From the NCBI RefSeq assembly GCF_009914755.1, contig NC_060933.1: a DNA stretch of 64,000 nucleotides. One strand, given 5' to 3'. The notes beneath the pieces are model-generated. The model was given only the letters and a program-made list of their open reading frames with translations. It had not been told where the DNA came from and did no database searches. This DNA is from the human T2T-CHM13v2.0 reference genome, Homo sapiens. Shown in pieces: positions 41,009 to 56,566 of the stretch (position 1 is its first letter; each line of letters starts with the position of its first letter). The position numbers and the translations under genes were made by a program.

Positions 41009-43863
41009 CCCTATGGTGTTGCTAAACAATTCTACACAGAGTCAGAAGAGGGTTATAGTCCCATCTCCGCCACTAGCATACCAAAAAAAAAAATTAAAAT
41101 AGCTGTTTTACTGAGTGCATACCATATGCCAGAACTATGCCAAGGGCTTTATAAATCATGTAAATCTCATAATAACGTATGAAGTCAAATTGTTAGAAAG
41201 TTCCTCCTTTAAATGAAATCTGCTCTGACAAACCAGGTTTGTTCTTACTATTAACAGAATATTTAACAAGCACCTTCTACTTCTGACAACCATTTCTGTC
41301 CTTTAGAGTCACATAAGGTCTATTTCTTGTCAACATGACAGCCCTACAAATATTTGAGTTCAATTAAACTATGCCCCTTTGTCCAGGTTTCCTCTCTACG
41401 TCAAAAAAAAGTGAGTTTTCTAACCATTCTTAATAATGACAATATAAGTAAATAATAATAGTGACTAACCCTTTCGAGCCTTTGCAGTGTGCCAGGACCT
41501 GTGCCACATGCTTTCTTTACACAGAGCCTATAATCAGAGGGCAGGTCCACAAGTTATACAGTTCCTGGCTTTCTATGCTCACCGTCCTGACTACACTCTG
41601 CTGAAATCACTCCTCTATATCGATTTTCAACCTAATTCTCCTATAATGCATGAAAAACCAGCAAATAAATATGAGAAAATAGGTGCAACCTCATTAGAGA
41701 TTTTTTTAAATGTACACAGCAACAACAGGATACCTGTTCTTGGTGTTCTGTTTGTTTGGTGGTGTCTACGTGAACTACCAACAGGCAGGAACTGAGCACC
41801 GTGGTACCCAGCTGGTGAGGCTCTACACCAGGGCCAGCATCTTAGAAAGAAATCTGACAAACTCTATCAGGGCCTTCAAACTACTTACAGTCTTTTACAC
41901 ATTAAAAGTTGTTGGGGGGAGGGGGAAAATAAATAAATAAATGAAAATAAATTTTATGCCTATTGCATATTTCTATCTGTCCTTTGGCCTACTAATGACA
42001 CATATCTGGGAATCAACTCTAAGGAAAAAAAAAAAAACCTCTAAACACAGAAAAAGATTTGTGTCCAAAGACATTCATTAGGAAATTAAAAATGGCAAAT
42101 CACTAGAAATAACCTACATGTCCAACAGCAGTGAGGCAGTTAAGTTTCAGCACATTCATAAGAAGGAATGAGATGCTATGACATAATGGCAATTAGCAAG
42201 AACAGGAGACAAAGCTGCATTCCAGGAGAGATGTGTGCATCCACATGTTCATACACACAAATACAGAAGGAACACTTCCAAACGTTAATTAACTGTGTGC
42301 TTGTTTTAAAGTGACAGAATTAGGGGTAATTTATTCTCTCTCTTTTCCAAATGTTGGGGTAATGCTATGGGTTAATTAAATATTGGAGAAAAAATACTGA
42401 ATTTTAAAAATAAAAATATACTTGCTTTTCCCCCCTCCTTTTCTGATTTATAGTCTCCTACAGAACAGGAATCATACCCAGACCTCACTTTGCAAGTCAT
42501 GCTGCTTGGGAAATGCTGTGGACAATATATGCATTTCTGGTTTGTTTCTGCTTTGTTTCTCATCAAAGGAGAACCACGCATACTCCCAGAGAACCGCAGG
42601 CTCCACTCTTTCCCATCTCACCCTCACCCTAACTCCATCTACTCCCTCAGCCCAAGATTACAATGGGCACACCACCTTTCCCATCCCATTCTGGGGGATG
42701 ATGGGGAGCTGTGCTATGAAGAACAAGGCTATTCATGGGGAACATCAAATCAAAGTACAATATGATAAAAGACTCAACAAATCTCAGTTGGCTGATATTA
42801 AGATCTTAGGGTGGGAAAAGGAAAAATCCTTTTTCTCCAAAGGACATAATGAGACATTTAACAGATTTTTTTTTTAAAGGGCAAATGAACAAACAAAACA
42901 CACCATTTGTGTCTCAAATGAAGTTGGTGAAGAATGCTGCCTTGGAGGAAGCAAATCATACTTGTTTCTCCCTAAATGGATCGCAGATATTCTTGGTTTT
43001 CAAAATTATCTAGAGTCCTGGAGGCTAAGATCAATAATGTTCCCTCTCACAAAGAAAGAAGATGGCCAGAGTGCAGCATAAATACCTTTGAGCATTTCCC
43101 ACTTTGAAGGTAGGAGGAGACAGCTTAAGGCTGACAAATCTTTCCCAAGAAATGATGTTGCAATGAATGTGAGTTCTCCATTTACCTGGCACGCCAGGTA
43201 GAGCAGAAGACAACCCCAACCAGGAAGATTCCAGTTTCATACGTGAGGGACCCAAGTACAAAAAGGCCCTACTACTGCACTTCATGGGAGAGCAGTTCTG
43301 GTCTTCCGAAACAATGCTAACATGCGCATGAAGCAAGGTGCTTCCTACGAGAGAGTCAGGCCACAGTAGGGAATGAAGAGGGAAACAACATCACAACTTC
43401 AGGGTCCTCCCATTGTGCAGCCCAGGTCCCAAACAGAAAATCAGAGCCAACAAATCACAAAGATCAGCACTGAGACCCAGAAGTCATCAAGGTGAATAAG
43501 GCTTCTTTCCTCTTTTCCCAGGTGGGTTGTGTGTATGTCAGTTTTTCAATGTTAATGTATTCATTAAGGCTGCATCCACACTATTCAAATTATCTGGGTG
43601 GTTTGGAAACTCTCCAGATCCGTCTGAGACCACATCGCTCATCCAGATGTGTGCCATCTGCAGCACAGGTCCCAGGGCTGGACCAGAGTCAAAGCATCAC
43701 AGTATATCCAATGTGTCCGTGGAGACATGACTGGAACCTGAGGAAGCCTGTGGACAGACCTGCCAGCCTAGTGGGGCTCTCAATACCCAGTCCACAACAA
43801 AGGGAATTTCAGTTAGAGACCTCCCCAGGAACAGATGCAGTCTTGAAAAACCTTTCGGGTTGT

Positions 43864-43968
43864 TATACATACATACATATATATAAATATATGGTTTGTA
43901 TACATACATACATATATATAAACATATGGTTTGTATACATACATACATATATATGAATATATGGTTTT
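43864..43968. repeat. 35-bp AT-rich minisatellite, 3 copies, at an Alu tail
   Basis: TATACATACATACATATATATAAATATATGGTTTG units at 43864, 43899 and 43934. Confidence 0.9.
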
Positions 43969-43969
43969 G

Positions 43970-44144
<175 letters not shown>

Positions 44145-44177
44145 TAATCAGCACATGACAACAAAAATGTTTCTTAC

Positions 44178-44315
44178 CTCTGTTTGTTCTGTAGACGCAA
44201 GTCTATCTGGAAACCCATTTCCCTGGAAACCCATGCAGGAGAGATCAAAAATGGTTTTCTTCAGGTGCTGGTTGTCTGTATACAGCTCCTTCACTAGCTG
44301 TATAAGGTCACTGAC
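44178..44315 (-). CDS. CDK5RAP2: CDK5RAP2 coding exon (~exon 18), 138 nt, phase 0/0: VSDLIQLVKELYTDNQHLKKTIFDLSCMGFQGNGFPDRLASTEQTE
   Basis: Acceptor cctcctAG|GTC, donor GAG|GTAAGA; read manually on the minus strand. Confidence 0.94.
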
Positions 44316-46428
44316 CTAGGAGGTAAGAACAGGGAAAAGGCTGTCTACCCAGCAAGAGACTTCAGCTTCCCAGGGCCGCAGCCCCAGACAGCCCTATCAA
44401 GCGACTCTTTGGCACCACAGTTACGGGGAATCAGGCTGATTCTAGCCCTCAGGATACCCTGTGCACAGTGACAAAAACACTGGCTTTAACATCTGGCATA
44501 ACAGTATTTTAATCCCAGAGCCATCACTTCAAGGCAAAAAGATCCTGGGCAAACTGCACAGTCTAAGCCCCAGTTTCCTCATCTGTAGCGTTACTACGAG
44601 AACTGAACAGGATTGTGGTCACAGTGCACTAAAGTCCCTGGCACGGTCTAAGTGCTCAGTCAATGACAGCTAATACTATCTCTCTCTTGCACTTGAGACC
44701 CTCTGGAGGAAAAGTCTCCCAAGGCGAAAGTTTCTGAAACTGTATCAGAGTCTTACTTTTCACTAGTGACCTCCTCCTTTGTACACCTATCTGGCAATGC
44801 CAGTAATATTAACAGTTGTCAATTATGAAGCAATTTACAGCTACTAAAATACTCCTACAAGCTTTAGTCTATTATTCCTTGCAAAAATCCTGAGGAGGGG
44901 AACAGACTAGTGTGTCTCTCTCCATTTTACAATGAGGACATGAAATACAAAGAAATTTAACTGTCCAGAGTCCCACAGCTGGGGTGTCTGGAGAATTAAA
45001 TGAGACAGAACAATGGCCGAAGTGCCTAACCATGTGCGAAAGAGCAGCTGCCTCTACACAGGCAGAGTTGGGCCTGGGTCTTGCGAGGCCACACACAGAA
45101 GGAACAAGCAGACACCACCTTGGTTTCCTGCAGGCTTCAAATCCCAATGGCCAGTAATTTTCCAAGGCTTCTTGATGGAAGCGATTATTAGCTCTTCAAA
45201 TAACATGGAAATTCCCACCCTGAGTACACATAGTAGATATCCAATATATCAAAATATGAAAAAAATTGGATCGAATCCTCAAGGAGGTTCTAGTAGGAAG
45301 AACAAGACATTCTGATTTACTAAGTGCCAACCAAGTGAACTACCTCCTGGCCTTACCACAGCCCCAGTAGGCACTAGCAGCAGCTATTATCATCTCTATT
45401 TTCTTCATCTTTAAAAACTAACAGCTGCCTCCATACTCCTTGCCCTATTCCTCCCAAAATACCCAAATTTTTATTCTCCTTGCTATTTCTTAGTTCTGTG
45501 CCTTAAACAGGCTGTTTTCTCTTTCTCTGCTGAGAAAGTGGAGACCTGGGCAAACTCCGAATTCGTCCTTCGAAACCCACTTCAAGTCTCACTTCTGCTG
45601 AGAAGCCTCCCCTGATCAGGTGAGCTCACCCCCCCATCTCCCATACAGGCAATTAGCCTCTCCTCTGCTATTTCTACACCTTGTACAGCTGCCCATACAG
45701 CAACCTTGCACCTCATACTGCAATTACTTGTTTACATGCCTGTCTCTTCTATCAGAATGTAAATTATTCCCAGATAGAAACTGAATCTTAGTCACACATA
45801 CATGATAATTTTATAATAAACTATGCGGTCTCAAACCTCCTATTTCTAAGAATGTTTTTCAGAACCTTGAAACACTAAACCACTCTAACCATGACACTGA
45901 TCAACACATTGAAGAATCTTTCCAGTTTAAAAAAAGATTTATTGATCAAACCTGGAACGTTATTCATTCAAAATGCATCTATTATTAGTTCCTATATGTG
46001 TGCCAGGCAATGGGAAATCAGAAATAAGACATAATCACTAAGTTTAAGATGTTCACAGCCTAGCAAGGAAATATAGACAAATAACCAGATAATTATAGAT
46101 CAGTAAAATAAGGACATCGATTTGGATTAGGTACAAAAAAAAGAGGTGAACAGCCTGACGGAAAAGTGGCTAACTCTAAACTGAGGGGCCAGAGAGCTTT
46201 TCCTCAAGGAGATCGAGCCTGGCTGGGTTCTCAGGCCTGGGGAGTTTATCAGACACGAGGGAAGGTACTCCAGTTAACGGACACAGGAGGGGCACACACA
46301 ACAAGGCAGAGGGGACAGGAAGGAAGGAGAGAGGCCTTCAGAATCTTAACCTCTCATGAGGAACCCAAGATACAACAAACAATCTAACAAAAAGAAAAGA
46401 AAAGCACTAAAAATTAATAGGTCAATAC

Positions 46429-46538
46429 CTTTTTCTTAAGTTCTTCTTGAGAAAAATGTTCCACTTGAAACCGATTGTTTTCTTCAAGGCAAATACTTAG
46501 ATAAGATGTTTGATCACTATAAAGTGAAAATGATTCTT
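46429..46538 (-). CDS. CDK5RAP2: CDK5RAP2 coding exon (~exon 17), 110 nt, phase 1/0: (E)ESFSLYSDQTSYLSICLEENNRFQVEHFSQEELKKK
   Basis: Long U tract then gggcAG|AAG, donor AAG|GTATTG; 3' part of ORF 46414..46680. Confidence 0.95.
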
Positions 46539-48065
46539 CTGCCCAAAAAAGAAAAAAAAAAGGTGGGGAGGGGGAGGAGAAAAAGAATATCAGAAACAGA
46601 TCCTCCCAAGACTGACCCCAGTGCAATCCATCCAAAGCAATGTGAATGGGGGAGGTGGGGCGGAAGGGAGCATAGTACACAGAGGGGGCTTAAGGCACCA
46701 CCTTTGGAGCAAAATTAATTTTCCCTTTCTCAACAGGCTGATATTTCAATGTATGGTTTCATCTTAGGCCGTAGGTTTTCACTGTGGCCAACTGTGAATT
46801 ATAATTTGCATATCAAGTATTGTGCCTGGAGACCATTCTGAATGGCACAAGAAAATGGTGATTTCAGTTTAAATGAGGGACTGATTCTGTTTAGGGGAAA
46901 ATGCAGAAAAATTAGATGTGACCCTCAAGGGTAGAACTCAAGGGAGATAAAAGTGTCTGATCATTTTTTTTTTTTTTTACTGGCCCCAGAACCCTCATGG
47001 GAAACAAGCACACTAAGTGCAGAAAGTGCCTGCTAGTGCTAAGCTAGAAGAATCTCTGGTCACCAATGTAAGGATCTGTTTCCTTTGCAGCAAAGGTCAA
47101 TTCTAATAGGAAGGGGAGAAGTGGGGGGCGGGGGGAAGATGTGTGTATATGTGTACTCAGCAAGGCATATCCACAAACAGTATCTCATTTAACACACACG
47201 TGTAAGAGCTGATACATCTAAAATACAGTGCAGAATACTGGAAAGAGCTAGACTTAAAGGAAGATGCCCTGGCTGAAATCTGGGCACGTCAAACCCCAGC
47301 TGAGTCTTGGTTTCTTCATCTGTAAAATGAACTTAATACTTACTCTACCTAATGAGATGACTGTGAGGATCACAGGTGAAAAGTTAGGTGCCTAGCACTG
47401 TGCCTTGTACACAGCAGATGCTCAAGAGATGTCAAACCTACCACTGTTATTACCAATTTTTACCATATGTGTCAGGCACCGGGCTAGAGATACAGAAGGG
47501 AATCAGATACCAACCCAAACTTTAAAGGGCTTAAGTTCTACCAGGGGAGAGGGTCAAATCTTAATATTACTGTGATGAATACAGAAAACATAAGTCCCAC
47601 AGGACCCTCATCTTGTAGCCCTCCCTTAATGCATATACAGCACTAAAAACAGTGCTTCAACCTGAAACAGCATCTCACCCATATATGTGTGCAGTCTTGG
47701 GCTCTCTGCAATAGGTGCTGTGGTAGGCAGTACTCAGATGTTCCGGGCAGTGAGGGCTGCAATTCCCCAAAAAAGGGGATTGCAAGTGCCCAGGGATATT
47801 TGGAACTAGAAGTATCAAATGATGCAGAAAACAGTAGAGGCAGCAAGGAAGCAATCCTGCACCTGACCTTCTGCAGAATTTAGTACAACTTACTGGGCTC
47901 TTCTACTAGGAAGGCTAACATCAGCATGGTCACCACAAAAAGGATCTCCAAACGAAACCCCGTGTATGCTTCATCCCTTAACAAATATTTAGGACTCTCC
48001 TGAAGTTCAGTCCATGCCCTCCAAGTGGAAAAACCAAAGAGAAGCACATAGAATAAAGTGTGTAC

Positions 48066-48196
48066 CTTCCCGCCTCCGAATTTCGCTGATCTGCTCCTCC
48101 AAGGTCTTCCGCAAATTCTGATATGAAAGCACATCCTGCTCCAGTTGCTTCCGCAGGGCAAAAATCTTGTTTAACTCAGCCTGCAGGTTGTTGATA
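48066..48196 (-). CDS. CDK5RAP2: CDK5RAP2 coding exon (~exon 16), 131 nt, phase 2/1: (S)INNLQAELNKIFALRKQLEQDVLSYQNLRKTLEEQISEIRRRE
   Basis: Acceptor ttttaccaAG|TATC, donor AAG|GTACAC; frame joins the flanking exons. This frame is not in the ORF track and was read manually. Confidence 0.93.
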
Positions 48197-49097
48197 CTTG
48201 GTAAAACAAGACACCAGAAGTTTTAAAACAGACCTATTTGTACTTTTAGATGCAAAGCCCAGAAAGCCTTCCTGTGATTTTTATGTCATTTGTGTTTTTT
48301 TCTGGTTATAAAAGTATATACAGGTTTACTATAGAGAATTTTAAATACAACAGTATAAAGAAAACAAAAATTATCATGCTCCTACTACCAACTAACACAC
48401 GGCAGACTGTATTTCCTTCCAATCTTTTCCCCTATGCGTAATTTACATGGCTGAAATAATACTAGACATACAATGCTGATATGCATTCCTCACTTCATAA
48501 TTCCCTATATTTTAGAAATTATTTGCAAAATCATTTTTAATGACTATATAATATTAAACCAGGTGAATGTCCCACCACTTACTTTAACTCATCCCCTATT
48601 AGTGGATACTTGGGTCATTTCCAAATTTTTGCTATAGGCGTTAACTAGGTGAAAATAACGTAATTCTCCATTCCAGAATGTGTCTCTGTTCTGAACAATG
48701 CCCCAAGAGGGCTTGGGTATAGAAAGGGAGGCTCCCCAGGGCCTGAGTGTCACTTGGGCACCCGGGCTTCAGAAGAAAGGGAGACAGAGGACTCCTGCTG
48801 TGTTACTCCTCAAAAAAGTCATACTGGAAGTTAAGGGTGGGGGACAGGTGGGAAGAGAAAAAAATAAAGGAAGAGTGAGCCAACAATAAGAAGGAGAAAA
48901 GGACTAATCTATTAGGGGCCAAAAAAACTCCACTGTGGTGGGTGAACCACTCAGAAACGCATAGTATGAGTGGATTTTTATTCTGGGAGAGGAGATGTAG
49001 TGCTAAGCTGTACAGAGAGCTTGCATGGACTAGAAGCCCAAAACCCAGAGGAGACCAAGAAAATGCACACCTCCCAGAATGTGCATTAATCTTGGGG

Positions 49098-49303
49098 AAA
49101 CCTGTCCAATAGAACTTTCTCCAGTGATGGAAATGTTCTATATCTTCACTGTCAACTACAGTAGCCACTAGCTAAATGTGTCTATTGAGCACTTGAAATG
49201 TAGCTAATGTACCAAGGAACTGAACGTTTAATTTTGTTAAATTTACAGTAAGTTTAAATGTGAACAGCCACATGGCTAGTGGCTACTGAACTGGACAGTG
49301 CAG
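49098..49303. mobile_element. MER3 hAT DNA transposon
   Basis: CTGTCCAATAGAACTTTCT...GATGGAAATGTTCTATATCT...AGCCACATGGCTAGTGGCTAC...TGGACAGTGCAG. Confidence 0.85.
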
Positions 49304-50626
49304 ATCCGTAAGAACAGCTTTGGACTCCTACTGATGTGGAAATGGCAGAGATCAGAACCAGTTAAATCCAGCTCTCAGAAGAACATGGAGACCCCAGCTG
49401 ACATCTGAATGGCATAAATAATGCTTCACTGTCCATCTCTGTGCTTAAAGCCTTGTTTGACATCCAGGTTATTTTCTTAAGAAAGATTCCCAGCAATGCA
49501 ATTACTGGGTCAAAGTATATGAACATCTTTAAGACTACTGAAACACATTAACAAATCAGAAAGCCTTCTTTTTTAGATACCAAGAGATCTATCATTCTCC
49601 ATCTAGCATCTATGGTTCCCTAAAAATGTCCATCAATGCCATGAAATTATCTGCAAAAAATGAATGAATTTGTGGATTTTTCTAGGGAGAGGGCCTATAA
49701 GCTTTCATCAGATTTTTCAAAAGGGATCAATAGCCCCCGAATGGTTAGAGGCAATTACTCCAAATATGTGTGCCAGACTCCTCAAAGAAGCCCCGCTTCT
49801 CCTTCAGAGACTTCCAGCTCCATCCATCGGACTGCACACATAAATCAACACACATTGGAAGGAAAATAAACCATTATGTCTAATCTTCTATGCTTGCTGC
49901 TTTGAGGACAGTTCATTGTGAAGCAGTCTTCACGCAAGGGAAAGGGCCCTACTAGCAACTTGTATCTAGTTCCATTTTAAGACAATCATAATGATCAATT
50001 TGTAAGGCTGATGAAAAACCTCACAGAGGTGTCACAGCACAGCACTCGCTTGGATGCAGTCATGCTGCAGAGGCATTTAACCAGGGAGAAAAAAAGAGAC
50101 TGTTTTAGAGAAGCTCCTGCGATTAGGGCTGGGGAAAGCTAACTGCTTCACTCCCTCTTCCATTTTCTGACAGGGTGAAAAGTACACAGCTGCTGCTCCT
50201 GTGTCTGTCATTTATGTTTTCCCAACTTGAGAATCTTTTCAAGGTGTGAGGAGTTGGGAGAACAAAAGGTGCTTCACTCAGAAAAAAACAAAAACCTTCC
50301 TCTTCCTGGAACTGGGGCAGGGCAGACAGGAGCAGAAACAAGGAGTTAGAGAGATCGAAGCTCAAAATAGCACGCCACCACTACTGGGCAAGCCAGTTCA
50401 ACTAACTGAGTCCTGATTTCCTCACGCAAAATGGGAATAATAATACCTTTGCTTTGCGATTGTGTTGAGGAATAAATGAGATATTACATGGGAAAGACGT
50501 TAGGACAGGGGCTAACACATATGAGATGCTCAACAAACATCATTTCCTTCCTTCCACATACTCTAACAACTCCCATACAGAAGACAATATTTATGAGCCA
50601 AGATTGCTGATTTTCATGAGTTACAG

Positions 50627-50854
50627 CAATGATAATCATCTGGAGATGATTTTGCCCCCACCCGCCAGGGGACATTTGGCCATGTCTGGAGACATTTTTG
50701 GTTGTTACAACTGCCATGGGAGGATCAGGTGTGCCGACCCTCCCATGGTAGAGGCCGGGGATTGTTAAACATCTTACAAAGCACAGGACATGCCCTCATG
50801 ACAAAAAAATTATCCAGCCTCAAAGCCTCATACTGCTGAGGCTGAGAAATCCTG
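50627..50854. mobile_element. MER20 hAT DNA transposon
   Basis: GATTTTGCCCC...GGGGACATTTGGCCATGTCTGGAGACATTTTTGGTTG...GAGAAATCCTG; 8-bp TSD AGTTACAG at 50619-26 and 50855-62. Confidence 0.85.
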
Positions 50855-52734
50855 AGTTACAGGGAAACTGTGCTAGTCCTCAAGATGGGGAGTGTATCAG
50901 CAAGAACCTGGGTTGGGAGCCAAGACGACCTAAGCACTGATAATCCTTCACTGCGGAACACCGGGTGTCTTAGAATGCACATTTCCACTTCTGTAATTTG
51001 GGGATCATCCACCAACTTCTAAGTGCTGCTGTGAAGAATAAATAGTAAAAGTGAAAGGATCAGCCACATTCTTGCTCACAATGAGTTTCCTCCCTTCTTG
51101 ACTTCCCTTTCCAGTTTTAATCACAGTACATCATCTGTCTTCAGGGTCATCCACCTTTCCTGTCAATTTCCAGAGTGAACAGTGCTGGAGTTACAGAAGA
51201 GAGCTCTACCTTCCTTAGCCCACATTCTGCCCTCTGGATATGCCAAGGTCTGAGGATTCAAAAACCTCCTGTAAACTAAGTTTATGCATGATGAAATATT
51301 GAGACATATGTAAGCTTTTCATGCTGTCATTATTCTTAAGAAATCTTACCATTTACTGAGTGCTTACTACATGCCAGGAAGTATTAGGTCTTTACACAGT
51401 GTCCTCTCTAGTTTCAACACAACCCTGTAAAGCAGGTAGACATCTAAGTAGGTAGGTAAGTAGGCAGACCAGCCAATCTCAATTTCACAAACACACTGAG
51501 GCTCAGGGTGAGAAATTACTTACCCAAGAGCTCAGGGCTGCTGAGTGGCAGAGCTGAGATGTGGACCTAGGTCTGTCTCCCACTGAATGTATTACAAGTC
51601 TGAAGATGAACAGGAAGCCTTTTAAGAAACCTTGTTAGTCCCGGTTAGTCTTTGTTAGTCCGAGTTAGCCCTGACCCGCCTCAGTCCCATCCAAGTTTTC
51701 ATTCATTAAGAAAGAGCCTGTGAAACTTGGGAGCCCCTCATGAAGCTGAGAAGACTCAGGAGCAACCATATCCACCCACAAGGCCTCTCAGTACCCAGAA
51801 TCAACCTGGCTCCTACCCAGAGAAGCTGCGCAATTGAAATGAAATGTGTCCACTCCCTCTGTGAGTTTCCACACGACTCAACCCCCAGTGCCCCCCACTG
51901 CTCGCTCCCACCGCCCACCTCCCCCAACACCACTTGCCAAGTGAAAATGACCAGCAGCTGAGGTTTCTTGAAAAAACTCACTTTCAGAGAGTGACGCCTA
52001 CTCCCAGAATTTCAGCAGCATGTTTTCATTTTCCCTAAACTCATTTCCTATGAAAAAATCTGGAAATTATCTCATAATTTAGAAGATCAACATGGCAGGG
52101 AGGGGCATTCCTGCACAGAACATTTCCCAAATGCCTACTCTGTACCAGGCCCTGGGGAGCAGAGACAGTAAGGTGGGACCCCTGCCCTGAGGGAGCTCCA
52201 ACACAGGTGAGGAGGCAGAGCAGGCACAGACGGCTACAGAAGGTGACCTCCCCACGCAGGGCAGAAACACAGAGAGGCAACTGTTTTGGGGATTAGCTGG
52301 GCTGCCTGACAAATGTAACATTCAAGCTAAATTCTAAAGGACTGGGAGGAGACAAAGTAGGGGAAAGGTTGGGAATAGAAGGGTAGGAAACACAGGTGAA
52401 GGTACAGGCAGGAACACACAGCCCAGGGAACGATAAAGAGCTCACTATGGTAAGAGCAGAGGACATATGAGAGGGAGAAATGAGGGGTGATTCTTTTTTA
52501 ACTTTTCATTATAGAAAATTTTAGACATGTACAAAAGGAAAAAAAAAAAACTACTGTAATGAACCTCTCCCCCATCTACACATACCCCAGCCCCAACAAT
52601 CAGAGAGCCAGGGCCAATCTTGTTCTTTTGATATTCCCACCCACGTCCTCAGCTTCTGCACTGTTTGGAAATGAATCCCAGACATCATATCCTTTCAGCT
52701 GTACCCATCCCACTGTGTAGAGAGAGGTGACCAA

Positions 52735-53148
<414 letters not shown>

Positions 53149-53667
53149 CTAGAGTTGGCTCTCCCCACCACACCTTGCTGGCAGCAACTCATTTCAGCAA
53201 TTCTGCAGAGATAGGGAGACTTGCTTGAGTCCCAGGGTTCTGTCACTTGACATCTGTGTGACTTTGAGCAAGTCACTTACCCTATCTTAGTTTTCATGAC
53301 CTTATAGAAAACACAGGGATAGCATTATTATTACTTCACAGAAAGGCTGTGAGGATCATATGAGATAATACACATAGAAGCACTTTCTAAATATATAATA
53401 AAGTATTTTTAAAACCTGAGTAATCATGATTTTAAAACCTGAGTAATCAATTTTGTTGCCAAAAATCAGACAATTCTTGATAGAAAACAGGTATATGTGA
53501 CTATCAAATAGGGCAGTCGCCACCCAAGCTTTATAAGCTCCATAAGCAAACTGGCAGGGCTTTGCTGCCTTAGAGATCAGCACTGATTGAAAGGGTGTGT
53601 GCGTGTATGCGCGTGCATGTGTGTGTGTTCGCATTCACATGTGTGATGTCCAGACAGAAACGCTTAC

Positions 53668-53768
53668 CTGTCTGATTCCTGCAGAGATTTGACCAGATGG
53701 GTATAGATGTCCTGCTCTTTCTTTAAGACCTGAATCAGCTCTTCATAGTCTGATGATTGTTTCTTTTC
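53668..53768 (-). CDS. CDK5RAP2: CDK5RAP2 coding exon (~exon 15), 101 nt, phase 0/2: EKKQSSDYEELIQVLKKEQDIYTHLVKSLQESD
   Basis: Acceptor tttccAG|GAA, donor CAG|GTAAGC; 3' part of ORF 53664..53963. Confidence 0.95.
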
Positions 53769-54559
53769 CTGGAAATGACAATGGGCATTTGACATTAAGG
53801 AAAGAATTTTGAAAGAGTACATCCTTATATTATGCAAACATATGTAGCTAGTCCCAGTTTTTAAAATCAAACGAAGGTGAGAGAGGCCCTGTGCCTGGCT
53901 CTGGCTCAGGCCACAGTCAGAGAGCACCACCTTCAGGAGGAGTGGGGAATGACTGCCCATCACTCATCCCAGAACAAAGCAGAGAGCTGAGCTTCCAATA
54001 CTGCTTCCAACAGCTGCTAGGAAGACGCACCAGCTATGGGATTAGCCCATCATGAGTCTGTCATCCCTCAGAGCTGCTGTTCATCGTTTTTAAAACACTA
54101 CAAAAAAAATATCTTTCCATATTCACTGTTGCTCCAAAGAAGAGAAATTCACAAACCAAAACCTGGCAAGTACTGGGGACTAGGGATTTAGTTACAGTCA
54201 AGTAGAAGAGGTCAACTGAGGTATTCTTGGGAGGCATCCAGAACACAGTGATGATGAAGAAATCTGAGTTGGATCTCTGCCACTTACTGGAGGTATGATC
54301 TTGGGTAAGTAGCTTAACAAAACTCTATGAGCTTCAGTCTCCTCATTTATGAAATGTGGATGTCATTTTATGAATTCACATTCACAAATGTGAAATTTTT
54401 TAATGTTCAAAATTTGGTTCTGCCACCTACCAGTTCTGAGACTCTGGGAAGTTACTTACTAGGAGCCTTGGTATTCTCACCTGTAAAACTGGTGGACAAT
54501 TACCACTGCCTTATGGAGTTACAGAGCAGATGAAAGATAAATTGCATACTGTAAGGAAC

Positions 54560-56390
<1,831 letters not shown>

Positions 56391-56566
56391 ATGTTAAAAT
56401 AAAGTTAATGCATACAGAATATCCAGCATGATGCCTAGCACCAACTAAATGCTCTCTAAATGCTGGAGGCGGATGTTCAGTCCGTCAAGAAATTGGGGCT
56501 GCAAACAGCCTTTGTAGTTTATATTGACTTGTGTTTTCTCCTAAAGCTAAGACATACCACCTACGA

